Below are positions 1-9,802 of a stretch of 64,000 bases of DNA, piece by piece. The DNA comes from Polyangia bacterium. GTDB taxonomy: Bacteria > Myxococcota_A > Polyangia > JAAYKL01. The notes beneath the pieces are model-generated. The model saw only the letters and a program-made list of their open reading frames with translations, did no database searches and was not told where the DNA came from. Location: positions 16,252 to 80,251 of the forward strand of contig JBNKCR010000020.1 in the NCBI GenBank assembly GCA_050287845.1, written 5' to 3'. A program made the position numbers and the translations under genes. Each line of letters begins with the position of its first letter. Within the stretch, counting starts at the first letter, position 1.

Positions 1-736
1 TGAAGCGACAGTCCCCCCAGCCGGAGAAATGCCAGTGGTGCTCGCGCCGGCAACATCGGGAATTCTGCTTCACGAAGCCATGGGGCATGGATTTGAGGCG
101 GATTTCAACCGCAAGGAAATATCGATTTTCTCCAGTATGATGAATACCGCTATTGCAGCGGACTTTGTGACCATTGTGGATACGGCGCTGGAGCCCGAAG
201 CCCGGGGCGCGGTGAACGTGGATGACGAAGGATGTCCGGGACAGCGCACGACCCTCGTTGAAAATGGAAAGCTGGTGTCGTACCTGCACGATCGTATCAG
301 CGCCAACTTTTACGGGGTTGCCCCCACCGGGAATGGCCGCCGGGAAAGTTTCAGGGCGATTCCCATGCCCAGAATGCGGGTCACCACCATGGAAAATGGA
401 CCCCACGAACCGGCAGAGATTATTCGCAGTGTGAAAAAGGGGTTGTATGCAGTGGACTTTGCCAACGGCGAAGTGGCCATTGGCGCCGGGGATTACAGTT
501 TTTATGTGAAAACGGGATATCTGATAGAGGATGGAAAACTGACTGCTCCGGTAAAGGATGTGAATCTGATTGGAAACGGTCCGGACAGCCTGAAAAAAAT
601 TACGATGGTTGGAAATGACAAGGCCATTGACTGGGGAACATGGACGTGTGGGAAAGATGGCCAGTCGGTGCCCGTGGGGCTTGGTCTGCCCACCGTGAAG
701 GTGTCGGCTATTACAGTTGGGGGGGTGAACTCATGA
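1..736 (+). CDS. tldD: TldD/PmbA family metalloprotease TldD (5' truncated by window edge)
   Basis: HEAMGHGFEAD (HExxGH) motif, GNGRRES..P.PRM, CGKDGQSVPVG C-terminal motif; frame is open to the window start. Confidence 0.93.
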   Translation, partial: EATVPPAGEMPVVLAPATSGILLHEAMGHGFEADFNRKEISIFSSMMNTAIAADFVTIVDTALEPEARGAVNVDDEGCPGQRTTLVENGKLVSYLHDRISANFYGVAPTGNGRRESFRAIPMPRMRVTTMENGPHEPAEIIRSVKKGLYAVDFANGEVAIGAGDYSFYVKTGYLIEDGKLTAPVKDVNLIGNGPDSLKKITMVGNDKAIDWGTWTCGKDGQSVPVGLGLPTVKVSAITVGGVNS

Positions 737-2067
737 CGGAAAAACAGACTCAGCCTATTGAACAGACCGCTCAGATGATTCTGGATGGTGTAAAAAAACG
801 CGGGATTCGGGACGTGAAAGTGGTGGCGTCGAAAGCGCGGAACGTATCTGTTGTGTATCGCAAGGGAATGGTGGACAAGGTACAGGAGTCGACCACCAGA
901 GGGATTACCATCCATCTGTATGAGGATGGCAGATACAGTACCAGCAGCTCCAATGATTTTCGCACCGATGCGCTTGAAAAATTCCTCGACAGTGCAGTGG
1001 CGTTGACGGGAGCGATGGAAAAGGATCCGTTCAGAGAGATTACCGACCCTGCACTCTATAAAGGGCGCAAGTCGATTGATTTGAAACTGTTCGATCCGGG
1101 AGTGGAGACATTTTCTCAGGAACGTCGCAATGAATTGGCCCGGACAGCGGAAGCGGCAGCGATGTCGGCGGCAAAGGAGAAGGCGATTTCCGCAGAAGCG
1201 AGCATGGAGACGCAGAGTGCGCAAATGGTTCAGTTGCATTCAAACGGTTTTGAGGGGACGGAGTCCGGCACTCAGGCGTGGCTGTTTGCCGAAATTTCGC
1301 TCAGGGACAGCGGTGACAAGCGACCGAGCGGCTGGGATGTGATGGGATCCAGATTCGCCGCTGATTTCACTGATGCGGAATCAATTGGACACAACGCGGT
1401 GGAGCGGGCGTCCATGAAGTTGAACACCCGTAAGGTAGATACGCGAAAATGTCCGATGATTGTGGAAAATCGGGCGGTGGCGCGTTTGCTGGGCGGATTG
1501 ATGTCTGCAACCGGTGGTCGGTCACTTCAGCAGAAGAGATCGTTTCTGGAAGCCTATGAGGGAAAGGAAATCGCATCCGGCGTATTTTCGGTGATTGATA
1601 ATCCCTTCATTGAGAGCGGCTTCGGTTCCAGGTTGTTTGATTCTGAGGGAATTGCAGCCAGAGTGATACCGGTGATTGAGAACGGGGTTTTTCGAAATTT
1701 CTTTATCGATACATATTATGGGAAAAAACTGAACCGCGAACCGACCACTGGCGGCCGATCAAACCTCATTGTTGTCCCCGGTGAAAAGACCATGGCGGAA
1801 ATGATCGCAGATGTGTCGGATGGGATTCTCGTCCGTGGCTTCATCGGGGGCAACACCAACAGTACTACCGGGGATTTTTCGCTCGGTGTGTACGGTACGC
1901 TCATTGAAAATGGCCAGCTGACCGATGCCGTCTCGGAACTGAATATTTCAGGCAATCATCGGGAGGTATGGAAAAGATTGTCCATGGTGGGCAATGATCC
2001 GTGGCGATACAGTGCCACACGGACACCCAGCCTGCTGTTTGATGAAATTCAATTCAGTGGCAACTGA
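733..2067 (+). CDS. pmbA: TldE/PmbA family protein
   Basis: ATGA overlap with tldD; FDSEG motif, N..TGDFS, TPSLLF at C-terminus; no HExxH. Confidence 0.9.
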   Translation: MTEKQTQPIEQTAQMILDGVKKRGIRDVKVVASKARNVSVVYRKGMVDKVQESTTRGITIHLYEDGRYSTSSSNDFRTDALEKFLDSAVALTGAMEKDPFREITDPALYKGRKSIDLKLFDPGVETFSQERRNELARTAEAAAMSAAKEKAISAEASMETQSAQMVQLHSNGFEGTESGTQAWLFAEISLRDSGDKRPSGWDVMGSRFAADFTDAESIGHNAVERASMKLNTRKVDTRKCPMIVENRAVARLLGGLMSATGGRSLQQKRSFLEAYEGKEIASGVFSVIDNPFIESGFGSRLFDSEGIAARVIPVIENGVFRNFFIDTYYGKKLNREPTTGGRSNLIVVPGEKTMAEMIADVSDGILVRGFIGGNTNSTTGDFSLGVYGTLIENGQLTDAVSELNISGNHREVWKRLSMVGNDPWRYSATRTPSLLFDEIQFSGN

Positions 2068-2071
2068 TTCA

Positions 2072-3463
2072 ATGAACTGTTTTATCCAAAAATGTATTGC
2101 TGCTGTAATCGCGGGTTCTCTTATGTGCCTGCAGGGATGTCACAATACGACCGTAACCCGATTCGAAACGCCAATTACGGATGCGGAAGGGTGCGCCACG
2201 GCGCTTCCGGTGACATTCCAGAATGGGGTTTTTCTCCACACCGGTGAAATGAGCGACTTATCGGGGGTGGCGTACTTTGCATTGAATTCACCACTGCCCG
2301 GGGACTGGTTGCTGCTGGAAACCCGAAATGATGAGCTGGTGCTGCCAACATTTGACCCGGTTGTCAGCATATTCGCCATGAATGGCACCACGCGGTATGC
2401 GGTGATGGATGACGGGTGGTCGGGGCCGTCCCATGACTCCTTTTTCTACTATCACATATCGTCTGTGGAATCCCTGTGTATCAAGGTGGAGAGTTATGAC
2501 CGCTGGACGGATTCGCTGTCTCCGGGGGAGGGAGTGGGCGAGTCCCTGAGATACACGTTACGATTGGCGCTGAACGAGCAGAATTCAAATACATATGAAA
2601 TCGCGTCACAGGATGCGGATAATGACAGCGCGTCCGGCAGTGTGGCGTTGCAGATGTACGAACAGGACGCCGCTTCCGGACAGTCTCAGGGATGGATTCT
2701 CGGTGACTTGAGCAGCCTGACCGACGGGGACAGGTATCGGTTTGTATCTTCTCCACAGGAAAGCATCGTCGAACTGAATGTCAATCCTGACGGGGGGAGC
2801 GGAAATCCGGAGAACGCGGAGTCCGGAACGGGAAGTACGGCGAAAATAGCGATTCAGATTCTGGATGACACCGAAACACTGGTTGCGGAATTGGTTCCCG
2901 GTTCTCATACGTCCACCCTGTCGTTTTTGCCCCGGCCGGGTACTGCATATTACATCCGGATTATCGGTGCGCCCGATTGGCAACCGGGGAGAAATGATTT
3001 TTACATTGTCCGGGTTCTCAGCGAATGGCTGGACAGATATCCCATGGAACCGGATGCGCCCAATGACACCATGGAGAACGCTTCCGAGATATCGTTGACG
3101 GACACGGACGACGGAGGCCGGAAAGGCGCGGTGCTGGGACAATTGGCGCCTGACGGCGATGTGGACTTTTATCGTATGGCGCTGACCATGGGGCAGAATC
3201 TGGCGGTGTTCTGCGCGGGTGCATCCATTGGAAGTGGATTGGAGAATTTCACGCTGTCTGCGCTGGACGATACCGGCGCAGTAGTGGTCGAACAGACCGA
3301 AGGAGACATGCCCATCGATTGGTCCGACCGTCCGACTGCCACAGGGAGCATATTGATTTCCGAACGCGATGAGACCGTGTATTTCCGCATCGGCGCATCC
3401 TTGCCGGCCCAGCCTATCAGTCGTTTTTACTACTGTTACTTTGAAATTTCTCCGGTGAAATGA
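2072..3463 (+). CDS. Putative lipoprotein with PPC-like beta-sandwich domains
   Basis: Hydrophobic N-terminus with LQGC lipobox; EPD.PNDT..A and GDVDFY/DGDRYRF motifs typical of pre-peptidase C-terminal-like domains. Confidence 0.6.
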   Translation: MNCFIQKCIAAVIAGSLMCLQGCHNTTVTRFETPITDAEGCATALPVTFQNGVFLHTGEMSDLSGVAYFALNSPLPGDWLLLETRNDELVLPTFDPVVSIFAMNGTTRYAVMDDGWSGPSHDSFFYYHISSVESLCIKVESYDRWTDSLSPGEGVGESLRYTLRLALNEQNSNTYEIASQDADNDSASGSVALQMYEQDAASGQSQGWILGDLSSLTDGDRYRFVSSPQESIVELNVNPDGGSGNPENAESGTGSTAKIAIQILDDTETLVAELVPGSHTSTLSFLPRPGTAYYIRIIGAPDWQPGRNDFYIVRVLSEWLDRYPMEPDAPNDTMENASEISLTDTDDGGRKGAVLGQLAPDGDVDFYRMALTMGQNLAVFCAGASIGSGLENFTLSALDDTGAVVVEQTEGDMPIDWSDRPTATGSILISERDETVYFRIGASLPAQPISRFYYCYFEISPVK

Positions 3464-3495
3464 CGTTCATGGGGATGGCCCGGTCGGCGGCATGA

Positions 3496-5244
3496 TTACT
3501 TGTATGAAAAGCTGGACCCCCCGATGAATTCGCGCATCAGTGACGTCTGGGGAATATCCCCGGGGAGTACAGATACCAGCATGGAGAGGAATTTGCGAAG
3601 TCGGTACGCTTCGGCAAAAGCGGGATCGCTTCTGGGCACTTCCAGCAAATATCGCTCGGCAAAGATTTTGAGCACCGAAAATTCGTAAATCAGCGATGTG
3701 TCAAAAATAACATCCGCTGATTCCTGAAACGGAAAGATGTGATTGCGTTCCCCTTTGCGCACCGAGTTCCAGTTATTGATCGTTTGCGCAGCGGAATACC
3801 CGCGATAGTGGCGGTCGCGAACAATGCGGCGAATCAGTCTGACATCAGACGTGTTCAGGCGGTTGTGTTCATCCAGCGCCAGCGGATTGAGGGCATTGAT
3901 GTAAATTTTAAATTTGGCGGCTTCGGGGATTGAAGGGGTGAGCGCATCATTGAGCCCGTGAATCCCCTCAATAATCAACACGTCCTGCGCGCCGACTTTC
4001 AGGGGAATCCATTTATTGGAATTCGTTCTTTTTCCCGTCTGAAAATTGTACGTCGGGGTGAGCACCTCTTCACCCTCCAGAATTTTCTGGAGGTCGTTGT
4101 TGAAGCGCTCAAGATCAATGGCCTCCAGGGTTTCGAAATCCCACTTGCCGTTTTCGTCCAGAGGTGTTTTTTCCCTGTCCACATAATAGTTGTCGAGAGA
4201 AATGGCTTTGGGCTCCACCCCGAGGACTTTGAACTGAATGGACAGGCGCTTTGCGAAGGTGGTTTTCCCGGAAGAGGATGGCCCGGAAATGAAAACCAGC
4301 TTTCGATTTCGATCGCTCACCACCGCGTCGGCAATATTGGAAATTTTCTTTTCATGCAACCCTTCTGAAATCTGGATGACCTGTTTTATTTTTTTTGAAG
4401 TGGCGGCGCGATTGAGCTCTGCCACGTGGGCCACTCCCAGCAGGCGGCTCCATTCCTTGGCTTCTTTGTGGGTGGCATACAATTTGGGTTGCATTCGAAC
4501 TTCGCGGCAGATGGCATCGCCCTGACTTGGAAACTGGAGAACAAAAGTATCTTCTTCCAGACGGATGAGTTTGAAAATGTTGAAGTACCCCGTATGCGGT
4601 GCAACCGGGCCGAGACAGAAATCCACAAAGGAACCGAGTTTGACCACTGACACGTGGGAAGACGGCCATTGATCGAGAAGCTGATGTTTTACCTTTTCTC
4701 CCTTCTGGGTGAACAGCCAACGGGCTTCCTCCACGGTGACTCTCATAAATTCAAACGGCACCTTTCGAGCTGCGAGGGACGTCAGCTCCGTGGCCACGAT
4801 TTCCAGAAACTGATCGGTCACCGGGATGCCGTGTACCCTGAAGTAGTGTCCTTCGCAGATCGATTGGCCAATGGCAATGTGGTGACCGGGAAAGATGCGG
4901 TTCATCACTTCGTAAAGCATCAGGGTCAGATGTCGTTGATACAGGCGTCCGCCCTGATGACTGCGAATATGCACTGGAGCGATATGACCAGAGCGAAGAA
5001 TACATGCTTTCAGGGAGACCAGACGGTTATTTATAATCGCAGCGATAACATCGCTATCAGCTGGATGCGGGGCCTCTTTCATCAGTGCGTCAACCGTGGT
5101 GCCGCGCGGGATGGATAGCGCCTGATCTCTGTATGTTATATTGGCCGGGGGTGTTGAACTGTTGGGTGGAATAATGCTTTGCAATTGGCCTGCCTCCTTG
5201 TATTGCCTTTCATTTATTCTACCGCGCTTTACTCGTCGAATCAA
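3496..5244 (-). CDS. Nucleoside (uridine) kinase with N-terminal TGS/ThrRS-like domains
   Basis: P-loop GPSSSGKTT, SLDNYY, IIEGIHGLN, RRIVRD; N-terminal ThrRS editing-like region; true start uncertain. Confidence 0.88.
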   Translation of the reverse strand: MIRRVKRGRINERQYKEAGQLQSIIPPNSSTPPANITYRDQALSIPRGTTVDALMKEAPHPADSDVIAAIINNRLVSLKACILRSGHIAPVHIRSHQGGRLYQRHLTLMLYEVMNRIFPGHHIAIGQSICEGHYFRVHGIPVTDQFLEIVATELTSLAARKVPFEFMRVTVEEARWLFTQKGEKVKHQLLDQWPSSHVSVVKLGSFVDFCLGPVAPHTGYFNIFKLIRLEEDTFVLQFPSQGDAICREVRMQPKLYATHKEAKEWSRLLGVAHVAELNRAATSKKIKQVIQISEGLHEKKISNIADAVVSDRNRKLVFISGPSSSGKTTFAKRLSIQFKVLGVEPKAISLDNYYVDREKTPLDENGKWDFETLEAIDLERFNNDLQKILEGEEVLTPTYNFQTGKRTNSNKWIPLKVGAQDVLIIEGIHGLNDALTPSIPEAAKFKIYINALNPLALDEHNRLNTSDVRLIRRIVRDRHYRGYSAAQTINNWNSVRKGERNHIFPFQESADVIFDTSLIYEFSVLKIFAERYLLEVPRSDPAFAEAYRLRKFLSMLVSVLPGDIPQTSLMREFIGGSSFSYK

Positions 5245-5510
5245 ATATGCAAATAACTAAAATTAAATAGAAAATCTGCCTCCTGCAGAATTTGTGCATG
5301 CCACTTGGAAAAAAGTTTCCAGGAAGTGCGAAAAGAATCTCGCACTCCCGTATGTGATTGAAATTAATCACTAATTTCTGAAAGGTAACGACTTCTGCAC
5401 CGTTTTTGCAATTGCAATTGGATGAGATACCAGGTAGTGGTTGGTCTATTAGCGGCAAACGATGTTTGTAAGTATTCGGAATCTTGTTGTTTTATTACTT
5501 TTCTTTAAAG

Positions 5511-5527
5511 TTGGCAAGGGGTTTGCA
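5511..5527 (+). promoter_or_regulatory. Putative sigma-54 (-24/-12) promoter
   Basis: TTGGCAAGGGGTTTGCA: GG and GC separated by exactly 10 nt, ~30 nt upstream of a small ORF with a strong RBS. Confidence 0.6.
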
Positions 5528-5557
5528 ATACCCTTCGGTGTACCTGAGGAGGTGAAC

Positions 5558-5737
5558 ATGAATTGGTTGAACGATATGATTTTTGACCTTCAGAGAAAAA
5601 TGTTTGGAGAGAAGAAAAGTCATTCCACCTACCACGCGATGTGGAAAAACACCAATGAAAGAGACGCCGAAGAGCGGCTGCATCAATTTCAGTCCCGTCT
5701 GCAGGATTTAGATAAAAGAATTCTCGAGTTGAGATAG
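5558..5737 (+). CDS. Small hypothetical protein (59 aa) with coiled-coil C-terminus
   Basis: GAGGAGGT RBS directly before ATG; sigma-54-like promoter upstream. Confidence 0.6.
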   Translation: MNWLNDMIFDLQRKMFGEKKSHSTYHAMWKNTNERDAEERLHQFQSRLQDLDKRILELR

Positions 5738-5872
5738 TCCTCCCCCCATCCACAATTCAATTCTTAAAAAATCAATGAATATGTCATGGAGGTATCCATT
5801 CACCTGGACATGGTGGAATAGCGCAGATATATTATCCTCGTTCATAATTGATAACCACAGATAGGAGGAGCT

Positions 5873-6367
5873 ATGAGCGTCAGGTGTATTTTATCGGTGT
5901 TGATTTCAGTCTGGCTGGTGGGTTGCGGTGCCGCTACTTCTTCGATGGAAGCAGATGACATGACCCTGCCCTCTGCGCCGGGACAATCGAGCGGTGCAGC
6001 GAAGAAGAGTACTGATCAGCAACCTGACAAAAAGGCAGAAGAAGCGGCAACGTACTGTGAACATCAGGTGAAAAAATCTCATACAACACCTTTCGAGCTC
6101 CTGAATAAGAAACAGATTGCCGCGTGCCTCACCGCACTGCGTCCTCAGCTTCGCACCGATTGTGCAAAGGATGCGAAGCGCCAGGTGATTCTGAAAATTA
6201 TCATTGGGAGCGACGGCCACGTTGTGGGAGCCTTCCCGGTCGGCGATGGGGCGGACAGCGCAGAGGCGAGTTGTGTGGCCGAAAAGGTTAAACCGGTTAC
6301 ATTTCCGGTGTTTACAGGAAAAGATCAGCAGATTATCGAGAAGTATCCGTTCAATATAGAGCCCTGA
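5873..6367 (+). CDS. Lipoprotein with AgmX/PglI (TonB-C-like) C-terminal domain
   Basis: AGGAGGAG RBS; LVGC lipobox; paired Cys and I..DG.V...C....FP......YPF pattern. Confidence 0.7.
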   Translation: MSVRCILSVLISVWLVGCGAATSSMEADDMTLPSAPGQSSGAAKKSTDQQPDKKAEEAATYCEHQVKKSHTTPFELLNKKQIAACLTALRPQLRTDCAKDAKRQVILKIIIGSDGHVVGAFPVGDGADSAEASCVAEKVKPVTFPVFTGKDQQIIEKYPFNIEP

Positions 6368-6677
6368 CGATTGCGCCCGCCGTTTGAACACGCCGTTCCA
6401 CCGTTATCTGAAACTTCACTGCTGGAAAAAAATTGGTCTCCGATTCATGGAGGTTTGGTAGTCGACCAAATCGTTGATTGGCTGTCAGAAAATCAAAAAT
6501 GCCCCGTTATTTAAAAAAATTACATTGTCTTTTTTTTAATGCTTTATACTGTTTGTTAACAGTCGTAACGTTTAATAAAAATTAATCAGTTTCCTAATCA
6601 GATTTATCAGTGTTTTCCGGTTCAACGCTTTTTATTTTTTTACGACTTATTTTTTTCTTAGCTTGGAGTTTCATATC

Positions 6678-9215
6678 ATGTCTGGTTTGCTTACAGTTTT
6701 TAATCGCCATTGGCTGAAGCCCTGCGTGCTGGGTGCGATTCTGTTCGGCTTTTCGTCAGCCTGCAGCAGTTCCTCTGACAATATTCAGAACGGGGATGTG
6801 AACGATGATGTGCCTGTTGACACCGGGTCACAGGAGGAGTTCTCTACCGGGGAATCGGTCGACACAGAAACGGTTGTGGGGGTGGATATTGAGGAGAAGC
6901 CGGACGGCAGCGTAGACAATTACGACTATGCCTCGTCCGATGCCGGTCAGTTTACGGAAACGGGCATATGGGAGCAGGAGCCGGAGTCCTGTGAGCCGCC
7001 GCCTTTCCCGGAACTGTTCACCTGCGAGGGAAACCCCGGTCTGTGGGGCAAGGCGCTGCAGATGGCGTTGTGGTTTTTCAATGTGAACAAATCGGGGGCG
7101 GGGATTTCCTGTGAAGATGTGCAGTGGCGGGGGGATGCGCACCGGGACGACGCGCATATCCGTCTGGTTTCCGGAGCCGCTGACGGTGTGAATATGAGTG
7201 ATGCGTATATTCAGAAATATCGCGACACCTTTGATCCGGACGGGGATGGCGAAGTGGATTTGAGCGGCGGGTATTACGATGCCGGCGATTTTATCAAGTA
7301 TGGAATTACCAACGGATATATGGCGTCCACAATTGCGTGGGCGATGTATGAGTTTCCCGAATCTTTCAAAGAGACCGGCCTGGATATTGAAGCCTTGAAA
7401 CAGATCAGATGGGTCGCCGATTATTTCATGAAAAATATGTTTGTCGTGGATAAAAGTGTTCCGCCTGAAGAATGGGAAGTGGTCGGCTATGCCCATCAGG
7501 TAGGCGCTGTTCCGGATCAGGGGTGTGGATGGATGCCACCGGAATTGAGGGTTGCGTCCATGTGTCCGCGTCCCGGATATTTTGCCACGCTGGAACAGCC
7601 CGCAACGGATGTCACAGCAACCAGCGCGGCGGCATTGGCGCTGGTGTCATTGGTTACCGGGAGTGACGAAACCTATTCTGCCCGGGTCCTGAAACACGCC
7701 ATTGCGCTGTACAGATTTGCGGGGAGGGAGCCACTGGGCATCCAGCAGACCACCAATGGGTTATATACTTCGGACTACGCCTACGACGATTTGGCCTGGG
7801 CGGCAGCCTGGCTGTATGAAGCGACCGATGATGCGGCGTATCTGGATGACGCCGTGGAATGGTTGATGAAAATTCCCGGATTCAGTGACGCGTGCAGGGA
7901 TGCCATTGGAGAAATTCGAATCGGCGGTGAAGACGACGCCTGTTGGCAGGAACCGTGGACACACAGTTGGGATTCTCTGCGGTCGGGGGTGTTTGTTCGG
8001 CTGGCAATATCCATGCGGAATGCGGCTCAGAAAGGTTCCATCGAACAGTCGGTTCGCGAGAAGTTGGCCACGATGTCAGTGATGTTCCAGAATATCGCAA
8101 GAGCGGATTCCATCGCGTGGATGTCGCCGGAAAACCAATCACCACAGGGATTTTCACGGAAAGTGAATGTCACCTGGGGCTCGGGCAGATACAATTCCGC
8201 CGGTCAGCTGGTTGCGTTGACCTATGCCAGAAATTTTCCACTCGATGAGGATGTCTCCCGGGAGCTGGTAGACTGGGCGCAGAATCAATCCCTCTATCTG
8301 CTGGGGGACAATCAGGTGAATGGCGATCCGGTCGGCAAATCGTTTATGATGGGCTTTACTGAAATTACGGATAACTATGCCTCTCAACCACATCATGCGG
8401 CAGGTCATGCGTCTATCTATGGCGTCCCCAACAATCCGGTGGAGAATCGACATATTCTCTGGGGTGCATTGGTGAACGGTCCGGTGGGGGATGATACCCA
8501 TGAAGATAAACGGGGAGACTTCGGTTCCAATCAGGTGTCCATCGACTATAATGCGGCGTTTGTCGGCGCGCTGGCCGGCAACTACTTCTATCGCGGGCGC
8601 GAGGAGCATCAGTGTCCTGACCCCGATTTTCCACCGATGGAGCCTGCTATCGACGAGTTTTATACCATGGCCAGGGTGAATACCGAGACCAGCTGCCGAA
8701 CCCAGTTGACCATTTCCATGATAAATGAGTCCATTCATCCGCCGAGGTACAACGAATTTCTTTCATCCCGGTACTATTTTGATGTATCAGAGCTGCTTGC
8801 CGCAGGCGTTGATCCGGCTTCGGTGACTGCATCCATCATTTACGACAGTGGCGACAATATACTTGACGAGGATTTCCATACCGTGTTGAAAGGGCCATTC
8901 AAGTGTGAAGACGAATCCAGTGAAGAAGCGGGACACACCTGGTATTTCGTGTTGAGTTATGCGGGACAGAAATTCTGGGGAAGCCCGACCATACAAATGG
9001 GCTCAAGGGAAACACAGATTGAAATCGGTTTGTCTTACCAGGAAGTGTGCCCATGGAATCCCGGGAATGACTGGAGTTTTGATGGGTTGAACACTGAAGA
9101 AAATGTGAAAACGCAGCATATCACTGCTTATGGTGAGGATCGGATGTTGCTCTGGGGCAAGGAACCCCCCTGCCATGATATTCAGCACATGATCAAGGAC
9201 CCAGCGGTGGAGTAG
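6678..9215 (+). CDS. GH9 family glycoside hydrolase with CBM3-like C-terminal module, lipoprotein; catalytic acid appears substituted
   Basis: FSSAC lipobox; WRGD, LSGGYYDAGD..K, DDLAWAAAWLY.AT, PHH, LWGALVNGP, N(Q)VSIDYNA; C-terminal S.RYYFD.SE and WNPGNDWSF CBM3 motifs. Confidence 0.88.
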   Translation: MSGLLTVFNRHWLKPCVLGAILFGFSSACSSSSDNIQNGDVNDDVPVDTGSQEEFSTGESVDTETVVGVDIEEKPDGSVDNYDYASSDAGQFTETGIWEQEPESCEPPPFPELFTCEGNPGLWGKALQMALWFFNVNKSGAGISCEDVQWRGDAHRDDAHIRLVSGAADGVNMSDAYIQKYRDTFDPDGDGEVDLSGGYYDAGDFIKYGITNGYMASTIAWAMYEFPESFKETGLDIEALKQIRWVADYFMKNMFVVDKSVPPEEWEVVGYAHQVGAVPDQGCGWMPPELRVASMCPRPGYFATLEQPATDVTATSAAALALVSLVTGSDETYSARVLKHAIALYRFAGREPLGIQQTTNGLYTSDYAYDDLAWAAAWLYEATDDAAYLDDAVEWLMKIPGFSDACRDAIGEIRIGGEDDACWQEPWTHSWDSLRSGVFVRLAISMRNAAQKGSIEQSVREKLATMSVMFQNIARADSIAWMSPENQSPQGFSRKVNVTWGSGRYNSAGQLVALTYARNFPLDEDVSRELVDWAQNQSLYLLGDNQVNGDPVGKSFMMGFTEITDNYASQPHHAAGHASIYGVPNNPVENRHILWGALVNGPVGDDTHEDKRGDFGSNQVSIDYNAAFVGALAGNYFYRGREEHQCPDPDFPPMEPAIDEFYTMARVNTETSCRTQLTISMINESIHPPRYNEFLSSRYYFDVSELLAAGVDPASVTASIIYDSGDNILDEDFHTVLKGPFKCEDESSEEAGHTWYFVLSYAGQKFWGSPTIQMGSRETQIEIGLSYQEVCPWNPGNDWSFDGLNTEENVKTQHITAYGEDRMLLWGKEPPCHDIQHMIKDPAVE

Positions 9216-9346
9216 TGGGAAAGTGTAACTGATACGTTGCCATCGAATTCGGGTAGTCAATTCGTATAATTTCAAAAAAAATACAATAATGTCTGGTGAA
9301 GGCGCTTGCACTGATTTGGACTGGCTGATAATTTAGGAAAACTGGC

Positions 9347-9802
9347 ATGGACGACGCTTTTGCATATCTGGAGAAGATCCCCCCCGAGAAAGAAAATATT
9401 ATCAGAGGACTGCAGTTGGTGCAGCGTACAGAGGGATATCTGTCCGTCAGCGCGCTGATGGCTTGCAGTAAATATTTTTGTGTGTCCCCGGCTGAAATTG
9501 AAGGAGTGGTCACCTTTTATTCTCAGTTTCGACTGGTGAAACCGGGGAAGTATCAAATCAGCGTGTGTGACGGCACCGCATGTCACATTAAAGGTTCGTC
9601 GCTGATTCTCGATTGGATCTCCACGGAGCTGGGAATTGCAGATGGCGAAACGGATGATGCGGGTCTGTTCTCACTCCAGACCGTTGCATGTCTGGGATGT
9701 TGTTCTCTGGCGCCGGTATTGTCCATTGACGGAGAGGTGTATGGCAACCTGAGCCGAAAAAGCGTGTTGCGGATTTTGAAGAAGTACAGAAGGCAGGGAT
9801 AG
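9347..9802 (+). CDS. NuoE/HydC-like 2Fe-2S subunit
   Basis: VVTFYSQF, VCDGTACH, ACLGCCSLAP thioredoxin-like 2Fe-2S motifs. Confidence 0.92.
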   Translation: MDDAFAYLEKIPPEKENIIRGLQLVQRTEGYLSVSALMACSKYFCVSPAEIEGVVTFYSQFRLVKPGKYQISVCDGTACHIKGSSLILDWISTELGIADGETDDAGLFSLQTVACLGCCSLAPVLSIDGEVYGNLSRKSVLRILKKYRRQG

